Part shown: positions 1 to 14,460 of the stretch, piece by piece
Layout: every line of letters starts with the position of its first letter
Numbering within the stretch: the first letter of the stretch is position 1
NCBI GenBank assembly: GCA_964016885.1
Contig: OZ024742.1
Location: 138,322,001-138,386,000 of the forward strand
DNA: 64,000 nt
Direction of reading: 5' to 3'
Source of the DNA: Eledone cirrhosa
Taxonomy: Eukaryota
Program-made: the position numbers and the translations under genes
The notes under the pieces: generated by a model
The model's input: only the letters and a program-made list of their open reading frames with translations
The model's database searches: none
Told to the model about the DNA's origin: nothing

Positions 1-102
1 GTGTATGTGTGTGTGCGTGTATATATATATGTGTATGTGTATGTATGTACGTGTGTGTATATATATATGTGTATATATATGCGTATCTATATCTATATAT
101 AT

Positions 103-983
103 ATTTTTTTTTTTTTTCTGCTATTAGTATTAATCCATGGATTAAATCCTATATCTCATCACTATAGCTGTTTTAAGTAATTCACTATAATTTAGCACTA
201 TATATTACAATATTTTCAATAATCTAACAAAAATTTTTAATTGATATCCATTTAAACCTCCTTTTTTTTTAAAAAAAAAACGCATTATTAATGTAGATTC
301 TTATTCGAAAATATAATTCCCTACAGGGAAAACTTCATTCTAACCACTCTAACACAATACTTACACAAACTTTAGTATTTTCTTAGCTATATAATATTTT
401 ATCTAAATTTTACTTCCATTTGGTTCCATTTATATTCCTCTACTTATTATTATATATTTTTAGAACAAATTATTCCTCTCAACAAAGAAATAACAAACAT
501 TTTTAGATTATTCTATACCATTCTACTTGATGTAACACACTAATCTCAGTACCCCTTTTCCTCCAACCGTAATCTTCTTTGACCATCAACACTTTTATAT
601 ACAATATGTCTAAATTCATTTACACTAGCAACTTTCATTTCTTTTCTTAAAAGTCTTTTGATACCTCATCCCCTGACGGCTTATTTATTCATCTACTACT
701 ACCAACTTATTCTTACTATTAGTCAATCTCAACTTGGTTATAAAACGTTACTTATTCATATGTATGTTTTTTTGTATTCTTCAATAAACAAAACTCATTA
801 TTTCTGAAGACGGCGGGTAGTGAAGACGTATGTATATTTTCTTACTATGATATTTTGTAATATATTCTACATAGATCAATAATAGAATGGACATACGGGG
901 AAATACCCCCCAGAAACGATCGTAAAATAATGAGTTTTACTATGAATTAACCGGTTTTTGTTTAATTTAATTGTTTTAATATT
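103..983 (+). mobile_element. Probable PLE 3' end / pseudo-LTR fragment between (AT)n tracts
   Basis: AT-rich non-coding block flanked by TA/CA microsatellites and ending ~45 nt after an HHR, the same layout as the ORF-bearing PLEs in this window. Confidence 0.55.
790..938 (+). ncRNA. Type I hammerhead ribozyme with long stem II
   Basis: Perfect 14-bp stem I AAAACTCATTATTT/AAATAATGAGTTTT; CTGAAGA at 804-810; GAAA 913-916; palindromic stem III CGATCG; GUA cleavage triplet. Confidence 0.8.
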
Positions 984-1089
984 TATATATATATATATGT
1001 ATATGCAGACACACACTCACACGCACACACACACACACACACACACACTTGTATGCATATATATATATATGAAAGAAGGGAAGAATGCC

Positions 1090-1260
1090 TTAATTGCTGG
1101 TTGATGCTCTTTAATAATTCGAATCTTTACAATAAGTCGTTATTGATATTAGTTCTGGTAGGTACTTGACAACTTATGTGGAGAACTGACAAGTCCTTGT
1201 CAATTCTCTGGGGACATTTCTCGCATTCGCTGCTCTGTTGTGTTTGTTGAAGATGTATTC
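1090..1260 (-). mobile_element. Possible degenerate GIY-YIG (PLE) C-terminal fragment
   Basis: Minus strand reads ...RLIVKIRIIKEHQPAIK, resembling the RxxxEaxxIkxxxPxlN end of PLE endonucleases; many stops. Confidence 0.25.
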
Positions 1261-1424
1261 ATACATAATTATATAGAGAGACGGAGGTCTGTGGTCTGGG
1301 ACTATAGTGGTGTAAGAGCGTATGTAAAACTGGAAGGGTATAATAAAAATTAAAATTGAAAAAATAAAATAATATGCTTTTTTATGATATTGAAGTGAAA
1401 ATGGAGTAAGATGATATTGGTAAT

Positions 1425-1549
1425 AATTGTTTCTACTTTTGGCACAAGGCCAGCAATTACCCAGTACATTACTGGTTCTTTATTTGATCGACCCCATAAG
1501 GATGAAAGACAAAGTAAACCTCGACGGGATTTGAACTCAGACCGTAAAG
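1425..1549 (-). mobile_element. tRNA-derived SINE, 5'-truncated
   Basis: Reverse complement matches the SINE at 13143 (B-box GAGTTCAAATCC, ...TTTCATCCTTA.GGGGTCGAT..AATAAAG..CCAG, GGCCTTGTGCCAAAAGTAGAAAC tail). Confidence 0.85.
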
Positions 1550-2989
1550 TGTGATAGTGTGATTTCATAAATCTATTCTTATGTATATATATATATATGA
1601 GAAAGGGACTGCAGGCTATAGAGTGATAAAGAGGGAAAGAGAGTGAGAGAGATGGGCCTAAAGACGTAGGTGGAGATTTTAGAACAAACGTAACGCAATG
1701 TCAGTCGGTGAGATGAACTTCTAATAGGTTATTTCTATTTCCAATGTTTTACATTTCAACTGAACATGAATATATCGCACATATACAATCGTCAATTCTA
1801 TCAGTAGTAATCTAATTATGCATTGCACAACACTGACAGCTATTATTTTTTATTACTTCACATTATGTTGGTTACTTTACTAGAAATGTCTTCCGCTTAT
1901 GTGTAAGCATTTTAGTTGCTCTGATATATTTCAATTTTTATATCTATTTCGTTTCGTTTCAAGTTAAATTTTTTCAGTGATTACACGATTCTACTACGTT
2001 TGATATTTTTAAATTGCATCTCTTTACAGAAACCTTGCTGATTTCATATTCATATTAACTGAATCTTGTTATATGCCGTTGCATCTGTTATATTACCCTA
2101 TTATATACAATGCTAATTGTTTGAAAATATTTTATCTGTAATGCAGATGGGCATTATAATCGACACCACTGTCTTAAGCGAAATACTCAACTTTTATTCC
2201 GATGAACTGGGAGTAAACTCTCATAGGATATTTCTTCTCGAAAATATTAGTGAAAAAAAATTGAGTAAAAAATATCCGAAAGAAGTACGTGGACAGCTTA
2301 TGTAAATGAGGACGGGTATTGGTTTAGAAGATAAATTAGAATTTTCACCTGTGAGGGCAATAGCATATTTTAAGGAATGGCTGTTACTGTATTTACCATC
2401 CATGTATCACTTCTAAATAAATGGCTAAACATATGGATACGAGTGTGAGTGCCCGTTGAAGGGGATGGATCTCTGCACATGTTGCAAGTACATTTAATTG
2501 TTGGTGATACTTTATTCGAATTAAGAGAGTATTATCTTTTCAAATGCTGAAATGCTTTCTTTTAAAGCTTCAAATTACGTTATTTAATTTTTTTGTAGGT
2601 GTATATATGAGAGGCATGACAACATTGATATAAAATTGATTCAATATCATTAGGTACTTGTACACTTGTACAGTTGTTAAATTTGACTTTGACTGTGTGT
2701 GGAATATTATGCTGCCCGTGGTAGTTAGTAAGTTTGTTATTTTCTTCTATTTGCTTTTTAAAAGTGATATTTAAATTATCGATCACGCATGTATGAAAAT
2801 AAAACAAAATATGAGTAAGACGAGAAAAGAAGCCTCTGTATGAAACTTTGTAATTAGTGACAATTTTCTAGCAGTTGCATAAACAATATATTGTATATAC
2901 ATAAATATAAGTATATATATATATAGAGGGGGTGGAGAAAGATAGTGCGCGTATTTATGTGTGTATATTTATATACGTTTATATAATTA

Positions 2990-3384
<395 letters not shown>

Positions 3385-5292
3385 CACGTGCTAATTGCAT
3401 TTATTTTGTCCAATAATAGTATTCCTTTTATAAAATTATATTGGATTGGATGAAGCCCTCCAGTAAATCCAATCCAATGGAAATGAATTCTCAGAAGAGT
3501 TGCATGTAAAATGTATGTAGAAGTTATTCTAGTTCATTTGTACATTACAATAGCAAATTTTCTACATGAAATGTTACTGGAATTATATAGATAAAAAGAG
3601 AAGACGTTTAAGGATTATGAAATAATTTGCATGGGCAAATCTTGATCACTGATAATAGAATCACCTTTAAAACAAGCCTGAAGTAACAGTTTTAGATAGG
3701 ATCAATATATAAGAATAATATTAAAGTATCATATTTTTAAACAAAATCTTGCTAGAAGTTTATGCAAAATCGATATCAGCAACGCTAATAATATATAATT
3801 TTTACAGGTGAAATTAAATTAGCAAACCAGAGAACAGAATGTATGATAATCTCATCGAACATGGTAATTAAGAATTCTGGGGAATTTATGATTTAGAAAA
3901 GACGACGAAAATGTCAAAACATATCAGAAAATATTTAAGCGGAAATCCATTCAGAAACGTATTGACTAATTGGTCGGCCATCTTGGTAGAAATACTAGCT
4001 AAATGTTTTTTAAATACACGCCATACTTTCTGTAAAAATGGACACACTGTAAAATGTAGACTTTGATACACAAAAGAATCATGATGCCCTTGCTTGGATA
4101 TCTTTTATCATAGAACAACAAATTAATGACTGAACTACAGCTAAGCAATAACAGTACATTAGCAAATTATATATAGCTTTTGGCAGTTCTCCATTCATTT
4201 TATTCATATTTTAAGCGGTATGGAACCTAATAACGTGGCAGCGTACAAATGATTAAAATTAATATATTATATAATAAAATGCAATGTAAAAGGTTTGAAC
4301 AAACTTCAACATCTAAATACAGAAATTTGGAGTAAGAGACTAATCATAGCAATATGCGTCGGTCGTACATGTTTAGATGTCTGGGATGTATATGTCGTAG
4401 CAATGTGTAGTAGCATATATTTCAAGCCGTTCTTATATGTAAATGCAACAGGTCCATAGCGTGGTTGCAAATCATCATGGTTGAGGAAATGAAGTTATTG
4501 AGGTATAAAGATGATGAGAGAGAGAGGGAGAGAGAGAAAGAGAGAGTGAGGGAGTGAGAGAGAGAGTTTGAAAGGCAGAAGTGGCAAAAGAGAACATGAC
4601 CTTGGTGCTATTTTCTAACAATGCCATGTGAACAAAACTGCGAAACTGATTCAGTAAAATGGATGATGGAGGCGTTGTTTCACAGAATAACCTTGAATAA
4701 AAGTGTTTACTGATTGAAATGTCATTTCCAGCAAACCATAACCTACCACCAAATGATATGGGCAATTTTTCAATTTTTGAAGTATAATAATATGGATATA
4801 AAGTTAATCTGAATATCAAGATTATATATTGCATTAGTAAACAGGTATACCGTTGTTAATCATGAACAACACTTGCGCAAAACAAAATACAGTGAGTAAC
4901 AAACGTGCAGAGAACTCTGCTCTGTGGAGAATGACAGCACGCCATGGACATAACATTTGTGAAAAGTAACATTTAATGCATTGGAATATATATATAATAT
5001 CCTTGCTACTAACAACCACAGTTGAGTAAATAGAAATTGAATGATCAATGAGCCAGCTTACTATTTATTAAACATTCCTAAGATTATTGACGATAACAGA
5101 AAACACAAAAATATTTGATTTTTGTTTGAGATAAATCTGACAGTATTCTGTAGAAGGATATAGTATTTCGAATTACACTTTTGTAAATCAGGCTACGTTA
5201 GTGTTACTGCTAGTTACTCCTAACCAACACTATATTCAACTGATCTTCTCCAGATGCGAAAGAGGACATCACTTTTTCAGTACTGCGTAAAT

Positions 5293-5341
5293 AGATGTCT
5301 CTGATGACGGATACAAATCCAGAAACACACGTCTGATATTT
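5293..5341 (+). ncRNA. Degenerate minimal type I hammerhead ribozyme
   Basis: AGATGTCT-CTGATGA-CGGAT-ACAA-ATCCA-GAAA-CACACG-TC-TGATATTT; core intact, stems I and III imperfect. Confidence 0.6.
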
Positions 5342-5509
5342 TCATCAATGGTGGAAGAGTAGGAGAAGGAAGTAAAATTTTTAACATTTTTCGTTTGATC
5401 AATTATTTTGATAAAGGTTAAAATTTAGGCAGGCTATTCTTAGAGTTTCTGTTGTCCGCGGGGTGCATAAAGAATGATTACTTATTCACACACAAACACA
5501 AATACATCA

Positions 5510-5520
5510 GACGCACGCGT

Positions 5521-5609
<89 letters not shown>

Positions 5610-5614
5610 CACAC

Positions 5615-5654
<40 letters not shown>

Positions 5655-5657
5655 GTG

Positions 5658-5712
<55 letters not shown>

Positions 5713-5940
5713 CACGTATACTCACGCTTAAACATACGCATATATTCCTGTATATATATATCCATATATTCACATATATACACACATATATATACTTGCA
5801 TACATAGATGTACACTCGCATATGCATACACCCATACATTCACCTGTACGTACACACCTATACCTCTGTAAACACATGTATCTATTTTATGCACACAAAT
5901 ATATATGTGCCTATAAATACACATACATATGTGCGTGCGT
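5510..5940. repeat. (CA)n/(AT)n compound microsatellite
   Basis: Direct inspection. Confidence 0.9.
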
Positions 5941-7522
5941 AAGTTAACACAAAACATGACAATGTTCAATGACAGAAAATAGCTTAAATATCTCTAGGTA
6001 TTAATTACAATACTATTTGTTCTGTATGTATTTCTAAGTATAGGGCACACAAACAAAAATATAATAGATTGTATTTCTATTGTTTGTATTTGAAGTGGTA
6101 GATTTTAATTCATAGTTTTCTGAAAGTGTCGAAAATATATATTGTCTGAAGAAGAAAACTATAATTTCTAATACAATAGAAAAGTTTTTTCAATGAATGT
6201 TACTTACTGTATACTTGCTTCTGAGGTTAAATAGTTGCATACTAAACGAATGTAACTTAAATAGAATTCATGCCCAACAAACCTGTTTATACAGTATCAT
6301 AAAATACTCTGCTTACATAGAGATTGTAGTAAAAAGAATCCGATCCAATCGAGGGTTTTCTCAGTCCTGTTGGAGGAACCTCTCCCTAAGTGACCTTCAC
6401 TGTTTCTGTTTGGTTTTCGTCATGTCTACAGCGATGTAGCCGAACTTACCACACTTGGCCAACTGCAGGTTTGTGGGGGGAATTTAGCCGATAGTTGGGG
6501 TGGATGGCCGTTGCCTGTGAAACGTTCAACTATCCTTTTAAAAGCTCCTCACCAGACTAGAACCTCGTGGGGTAACCGGTTTAGTAAATGATCATTCGTC
6601 GATGACGCCAATTGTACTGATTCACATAGCGGCAGAATGCCTTAAGACAAATAGAAATGTATTACATAATTCGCAGTTTTCTCTAGTTTTCTGCATTTCA
6701 CGACATTTACGTTTCAGTTCTAGTTAAATAGAAAGTGTTTGTCACATATCTTGGAGTCATACCAGAGGAGGTTAGTTTGATTCACATATTAACTATTGTT
6801 GCATGGACAGTGTTCCCCAGGGTGTATCTAATCATGGAAAGGGAAATAAGATTATATTTCTAATTTGTTGGTGATCATGGTTAGTCTAGAGAAAAATTAT
6901 TATCTACAGAGAATAACGTAATATATATAAGATTATTGGTTCTCTGTAATCCCCTTAATTTTAAATTGTGCTGCAGATCAATATAACCCATTGATAGGAC
7001 TTTATAAAATATATAACAAAATATGTTATGAAAAATTAGAATAAGTTTAATAAGATTATTAAAAAAATCTTACGAAATTAATAACTAGAATATGAAAAAT
7101 AAAAACTAAGAAAATTGAGAACCAGACAAGGACGAGCGAAGAGTAGCAGGTAAATAGTAACACTTAGAGAGAGAAGGAAAATTGGTTTTAAACGATTTTT
7201 TGTTAAAAAAAAAAGAAATAATAAATAAATTTAGGAAATAGGCGAATAAATGGCGAAAACTAAATACACATAAGAATACAAATAAAATCAATAAAAATTA
7301 ACTGATAAAGCAATAAGATAAAATATGAACTAAATTAAAACAAGTTAGAATTAAATTAGAATAAAGAAAAGAAAAGAGGGGAAAAAACCCAGGGGGAGAA
7401 AAAATGGAAATAAAAAATATAAAACACGACAATACGGGAAACAACGATAAAATTCAAGAAATGGCTAATATATAGGTCTACATATTCGAACACCCACAGA
7501 TATACACCCTCCATTATATATA

Positions 7523-7620
7523 TATAACAAAGGAGTTGTGGTAAGGAACCAGATGGACCATAACGCACCAGAATACAGAATACTCAATACTTAGGGTAGT
7601 AGAGTGGGTAATAGGAGAAA

Positions 7621-7621
<1 letters not shown>
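7523..7621 (+). repeat. Fragment of an interspersed repeat also present (inverted) at 49545-49633
   Basis: Shared TGTGGTAAG.AACCAG.TGGACCATAACG.ACCAGA...TACTC.ATACTTAGGGTAGT.GAGTGGGTAATAGGA; both copies abut (AT)n. Confidence 0.85.
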
Positions 7622-7701
<80 letters not shown>

Positions 7702-7790
7702 TATAACTCATAGATATAAATGTGTTTTGCAACGGGTTACGTTGTGGCTCAATGAAGAATTAATAAATTAAATAATCAGAGCTATATATC

Positions 7791-8226
<436 letters not shown>

Positions 8227-10579
8227 AGCGTGTTTAGGTGGGTGTGTATATGTAACGTTTATGTTCTGTTGTTTACCAAATTGTAGAACTGGTGATTCCG
8301 AATACTAAATGATGATGCCATAAATTAAAGCACTCGACGTTATGCAAATCATCCATCGTAGATGTGGTATTCTATATCTGATGTAGGAACGGAGTTAAAT
8401 ATGAATAAAAAAACAACATATATATAGAGAGAAAATTAATTCCACAACAAATTAGCAAACCATACTCGAGGACGCGTGCTTCGCACAAAGGATTTTCAAC
8501 TCGAGTGAGGTTGTGTTGAAAAATTGAAGTGTATATGAGCTGACTGGTTTTTGCAGATAGACATCGACAAGGGTGACAACTCAAGTGAGACTGTTGAAGG
8601 GTGACGATTGAGATCATTCTGGGTAAAAATTGTCTGCGTCATTGTAGATACGTAACATGTCTTTAGCGGCGTGAGAGCAGCGTTTAAAAAAATCAGTTCT
8701 AGTATTGAGACAAGTGCTATTACGAAATCTACGCAAGATATTTATTAGTTAATCGATGCACAGCACAAGACAAATTCCTATTTCCGTATGGCTTAGATTT
8801 GGTCAAAACTTTTTATTGAATGGAATAATCGAGGTCTGCCGTAGGCAGTCAACCAACGTGCCTTCATACAGAAAACAAAGACAGACTTGCAAGCAATAAA
8901 TAAATGGAACTAGAATAAACAAAATTAAAAACTACAATTGACAATTTAAATACAGGGTAGTCCTTTGGAAGATGTGTATGTGTATGTTCGTATGCAGGAA
9001 GTCCGTAGACAAAAGGCCAAGGAAAACAATACTCAATCTATTGCAAGTGAGCATAGATTTCGGGGTCCAGTTATGCTCACCACTGCATAATGGAAGAGCC
9101 GTTTCAATACTGGCCTCTCACTGGGCGCCAGAAAAATGTTGTCCTGGATCCCGAAACCTATGTTCTCGCAAACATGTTTAGTCTATGAAATTTTAATTAT
9201 ACTATATATATATGCGTGCGCGCGCGCGTGTGTGTTCTTTTTACAATTGACATCGTAATTTTAACTGTAGCCGATAGCTGATTATAATATTTCTTGCGTT
9301 TTATATTCTTGCAAATATATATGCAATTTTAAATTCAATTATTTCATCCTCCCTTGGAAATAACGTTTCACATTCAAGGCTTTAGGCCATATGTTATATA
9401 TATTGTATATGAGACACGATAATACAGATTAAAATATAATTCAATTCACTTGATATTTCTCTTTTGTCACAGTATTAAGTGGTATTGTCTGCTAACAAAA
9501 TAGCCAACACTTTTAACTGCATTTAACCTAATAAAACCAGACAAAACGTATTATACATTTCATTCAAGTATCCAATTCAGTAAAAAAATAACTGCGAGTA
9601 GACGGATATGGTTGTACTCCTTTAACAAGGACATTTTGATGAAAGTTTTGCTTATTGGGAAGGTGGAGTCTATTCGCCTATGAGTACAATTGCTTTGGTT
9701 CTCTCTTCAACCCTGCGCTTAGAGCGGGTACATTATGATCTCTGTGACCTTCCGTAGCGCTCTAACGGCACGACTAAATAATAGATATGGCTACAGGTGA
9801 TAGGAGAAAACTTTTAACAGAATATTTATACCGGGAGAAATTTATTTAATCCAGAAGGGAACATTATGTCGACGAATCTACACTATTATATCACAGATAC
9901 TAATTTGATCACACCTAGAGACAAAACATATAATATCAATGTTCTTGTGTGTCACCAGATTTTTCCATCTTGTTTCTACTTATGAATACTGTAGTGTCAA
10001 ATGGTTATAATATTTAATGTCTAGATTCCAGGACACTAATATGTTGAATTAATATACTTTTATTCTTAATATCTTGCAAATTGTTTCATTGTTTTATTTT
10101 AAATTTCACTGATATGTCTCCTGGACAAATTATCTCCTTATAACACTGTTCGGTAAAAGTGAATATTGATAGAAATTTAATGAAGTCTATTGAAACCGCT
10201 TTTCAAATTGGATATACCTTGAGGGGTAGTTGATCAATAATTCCTATTAAGCCAACTATAATTGGACGACTAAAGATAACAGTTCAAATTATCAAATGGG
10301 TGCTCTTGGTTATAGAATGGTTCGAGTGTTCATGTCTAAGAACGTTTGCAAGATAGTTATTTACATATATTATGGTAACGTCAGATAATAGGCAGCGTCT
10401 GACTACAATATATGCAACGTGATTTGCATTATTTTTTTTTTAAACCATTGTTTGTATTTTGTCTTGCTTCCAAACGTTGTTGTCAACTGTACTTGGTGTG
10501 TACTGTGCTTTAATAAGAAGTAACCTCATACGAGGCAAGATGTGAAAGCTGATATTTTTATAATGTCTATAAAAACGTG

Positions 10580-10638
<59 letters not shown>

Positions 10639-10911
10639 TACAGATGATGTGATGGTTGTTGAACCGACGTCGTTTTCGATGATGAGTGGTTCATTTGATT
10701 CAATCAAAGGACCTGCATGTTCGTGAATTTAACCTGTAAGTGGCTAAACATTCTACAGTCACTAGCACACATAACATACTCCTCACGGAGACTCAGTCTG
10801 GCAGAGTAGAACTTACTTTTGCATTGCGAGTTGAGTGTGTGGCAACGGGAAATAAGTGTCTTTCTCAAGGATGCAACTCGCCGCCCGATCAAGGAATCAA
10901 ATTCCCATCAA

Positions 10912-10969
<58 letters not shown>

Positions 10970-10984
10970 CGCGCGCGCGCGCGC

Positions 10985-12060
10985 GTCCTGTGGTTCTTGT
11001 GTGCCTTGTGGCTGTGTTTTTATTACGGAGGTGTATATGAGCTGACGATCGCTTATCAGAGTGTCTTTAGGCCGACTGATGGTTAAGGAATCGTTCTTTA
11101 AACCGGCCCTCCGCCATGCCTACATATGTTATGATCTTCTGCTTTTGGTTTGGTTGAGTGGATGTATCGTCAGCCTCATAGAATACTGCGGGTATATTAC
11201 ACTGTTGTTGAAAAGGGCATGCTTCTGGCCTTCTGCAAGAGCATCCGATTGAGGAAGAGCTTTTGAGGTTGGTGGTGATGTGAGCTTTCATGTTTTTAGC
11301 ACAGGAATTACCCAGTTTCATCCTGTGTCTATAGAAGATATGTCTGTACTTATGTCCTATGGAGAAGTGTTTGTCTACGAATGCGAAACATTTCCTACCT
11401 GTATTGGTTCTAATACTGAGTGAGAAGGGTGGGCAGAACCAAATTATTTTTCTATTTCTATTTCTCTTTCTACTAATAGTGTGAATAGGAGGGGGAGTAT
11501 GAAATTTAATCGGAGAAGCCGATGTTAGTTTAACGTAGTGTTATAGTTAGCTGCCGCTCTGTCAGAGATGGTCTTGTTAGAAGAAAAATTAGAATTTCTA
11601 ACACTAATGTTTTTAACGAAGTTTTTAAAGACTGTAGGTGTGTGACATGAGTCCTTGTATATATAAGTTAACTTTTCATTAAATTTGTAGAAAGATCTGA
11701 ATGTGTGTGTGCGAAGATCTAAATTGATGTCTAAATAATCTACGCGAGTCAGATTTATGGCTACGGTAAGTTTAAATCTTAACTCATTGAACATGGCTAT
11801 TAGGTCTTTTCTAAAATGGTGACGGTGGAGACCGCCTTTATGGCTTTATAGGGACAGTCGGTCGTCGCGGTATAACCCCCTGTGGAAGTCCGGGAATCTG
11901 AATCGTAACGTATCTAATATGCATAATCCAACCAAATTCCATACGTCAGCACTATCGAATGATCCCATTGAGAAATCGAATAGTTCTGAGGTAGTTGACG
12001 TTTTGTCGAGGCTACGCCATTACTGAAGATGAAGTTTTTCTGCAGTGTGTAATGATCTGT
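10985..12060 (-). mobile_element. Degenerate Hydra-type PLE (RT motifs B/C, thumb, CxC linker, start of GIY-YIG)
   Basis: Minus-strand FDFSMGSFDSAD, GGLYRDD, DYLDINLDL, YIYKDSCHTP, CSCRRPEACP, TYVGMAEGRFKERFLNH; frameshifts and stops. Confidence 0.9.
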
Positions 12061-12689
12061 CTATTTAAGTCATGGACTGTATTATATGTGACCTTTCTTC
12101 AGACGCTAATAGAAGATAAACTCGTATTTATAATAGATTGATGGCTGTTCCGTATAGCCTGTCGGTGACCTCTCTTATTTTATTGTGTGAATACAATATA
12201 GGAAACTTTTGTGTGTATAAATTGTAATATTTCAGTTGAGCTATTTTATTGAAGGTGCCAAAAAGAGTTATCTTTAAAAATCTCTGGTTTTGTGTGAATG
12301 ATTTATTTTAATATTTCATTTATCACGCCTAATGCACAACTCATTTCTAGTATTGATTTAACTTACATATATATTCCACTATATCGTTTTCAAGTCACTT
12401 TCAATATCTTTAAAATTTGATAATTTGTCAACAATGTCGAGAAATGTTTGGGTTCAGATGGTATGGGTATATGAATAAAACCTTGTACGCTCATTTCTTA
12501 TATGTATTTCATGCCACTCTACAATCATCTCGCACTGCATGCAAATAGTTTTCTGTGATAGAGTGTTCCTGTTTTCCAATGAGCCTTATTCGCTGGTACT
12601 CTACTAATATAATTTGTATTTGTTTTTTATTTTATTCTAGTATGTATTCAGTGTTGCTTCATATGTTAGGGTGTTATCTCACTGGATAT

Positions 12690-12787
12690 TTATTTCCTTT
12701 TCACAAAGAAGAAGTCCTTCATTTCCAACGTGCAGATAAGTTCTCCAGATCTGTCATATATTTTGACTTTTCTTTTGAGTAATTTGC
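12690..12787 (-). CDS. Candidate terminal coding exon of a small host gene ((G)KLLKRKVKIYDRSGELICTLEMKDFFFVKRK*)
   Basis: Acceptor TGTTCTGTAG|, open frame to TAA, phase compatible with candidate exon 21403-21586. Confidence 0.35.
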
Positions 12788-13142
12788 CTACAGAACATAT
12801 ATTTAAATGCAGTATACATCTACTACCGGTAGCTATTGGTTAGATCGAAGAATTCAATTTGTGAATATTTTGAGAGTAGTGTGGAAAAAGTTTTGAACGA
12901 AACCTCTGCAGGTGTTTAGCTTGATACATAAATGTTCATGAAATCCTTTATTATATATATTTTTATTCTGTTTAATAATCTTCAATGTTATATCTGAGAG
13001 GGATTCTTCTATTATATTTGTTTTTAGGTAAGGAGTTTCTGTAAGGAGTTTGTGATCAATTTAGCGCCTGTATCCCCTACTCCCAGTCTTTTCTTCCCTC
13101 CTCGCATATGTTAACATGAACTTTCATTATTTCTTCGTGTCA

Positions 13143-13335
13143 AAGGGCGGTGGATTGGCAGTATCGGTAGAGAGTCGGACACCATGCTTTGACGCATAGG
13201 ATACGGTCCTTGCCATTCTGAGTTCAAATCCCGCCGAGGTTAACTTTGCCTTTCATCCTTACGGGGTCGATAAAATAAAGTACCTGTAATGTACTGGGTA
13301 ATTGCGGCCTTGAACCTAAAATAGAAACAATTATT
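13143..13335 (+). mobile_element. tRNA-derived SINE, near full length
   Basis: A-box-like TGGCAGTATCGG, B-box GAGTTCAAATCC, conserved body GCCTTTCATCCTTACGGGGTCGATAAAATAAAGTACC; five copies in the window. Confidence 0.9.
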
Positions 13336-13699
13336 TCTTCGTGTCACATAATCTTTTCACATACATATTTTTCGAACTATATTTCTTAATGTCGTATAAT
13401 TTATATGCTCAATTCACAAGTTTTCTCTAGCTCCCTTTTAGTGATTTCAAACAGGTATCTATCCGTACCTTTTTATGTTGTTCTAAACTGCTGTTCCAAG
13501 TGTTTTTTTTTTTATTATCGACAACTTCTATCTTCAAAGATCATCGGCGATATGATACACTAATCAATCACACAATGTCCTACTCACAGGAGCTTTCCTT
13601 TCAACAGAATTTTATTTTATTCCGAGCAATTTCCTCATAATTAATTACCTTTTATTTAATTCTAGCTTCCTTTAATGGCATGAGTAATCTTGTGTCCCT

Positions 13700-14460
13700 T
13701 TTTACGTATCAATTTAGTGAATCCGCCGTTATCATAGGTGACTGGTTCAATAACATGTCTGAAACGTTGACATGCCTTGCTTCCCACTCGACTACAACCC
13801 ATGTGCAACAGTCAAAAGAATTCGTGACTGGAGAGCTAGTGGGTCATATGTTTCGGTTGACGTCATCGTGGAGCTTGTACTTCATCCATTCTTTGGTCGG
13901 TTTGATCTTAACAGACAGAAAAGAATCATATTGGTTGGTATACAGTCTTCTTTGCTCACGCTCTCTATCCAAGACCTCACAACCCTCTTCAAAACCTCAT
14001 TTTAGTCAGTAGCATTGACCCGCAAGCCCTGAGAAATAAAGTGAGGAAGCATGACACCTCCCCATTACGCATGATTCCCAGAATCATTACAGTTTATGGA
14101 AACATTATATGCATGGCAGTTGTAACGTCTTTAGAGCCTCTACATAATCATATGTCCTAAACAAAATTTTTCTCATCAAATAAAAAACAAAGCATTCCAG
14201 ACTCTTGATGTTTCAACTTGCTCAACATACACTTTGAGTGGCTTAGGCATTTATGTTTCACCTTCACAGACAGAAATTGGGCTTCCCACACCACATATGA
14301 CTTGTATAGGGCTTCATGCATAATTATTCTGATAGTGTTCCTTGAACATTTGATTTCCTTAGCAATTACATTAATTGGCTTTCTGGTTTTCTTATCCATA
14401 CTTATTCTGTTCCATTCATAGAACATTAGGTGTTCTGGTGGAACTAGGACTCTTAGCATA
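13700..14460 (-). mobile_element. Tc1/mariner (IS630-Tc1-mariner) transposase relic
   Basis: HTH-like IAKEIKCSRNTIRIIMHEAL-YKSY, first catalytic motif FLFDEKNF, and decayed WPxxSPDLNPLD motif (I*PTSSPVTNSFDCCTW) near 13790-13850. Confidence 0.8.

Noticed and set aside
3441-3477. 11-bp hairpin TTGGATTGGAT/ATCCAATCCAA
   Set aside because: Short, internally repetitive, no supporting context
6330-6600. GC-richer island, maybe a LINE 5' UTR
   Set aside because: No diagnostic motif or second copy in the window
8960-9780. Possible CR1/Jockey LINE scraps (RPVL.., LRLERVHYDL)
   Set aside because: Too short and degenerate to support
13143-13235. tRNA gene
   Set aside because: A/B boxes continue into a repeated SINE body; no cloverleaf
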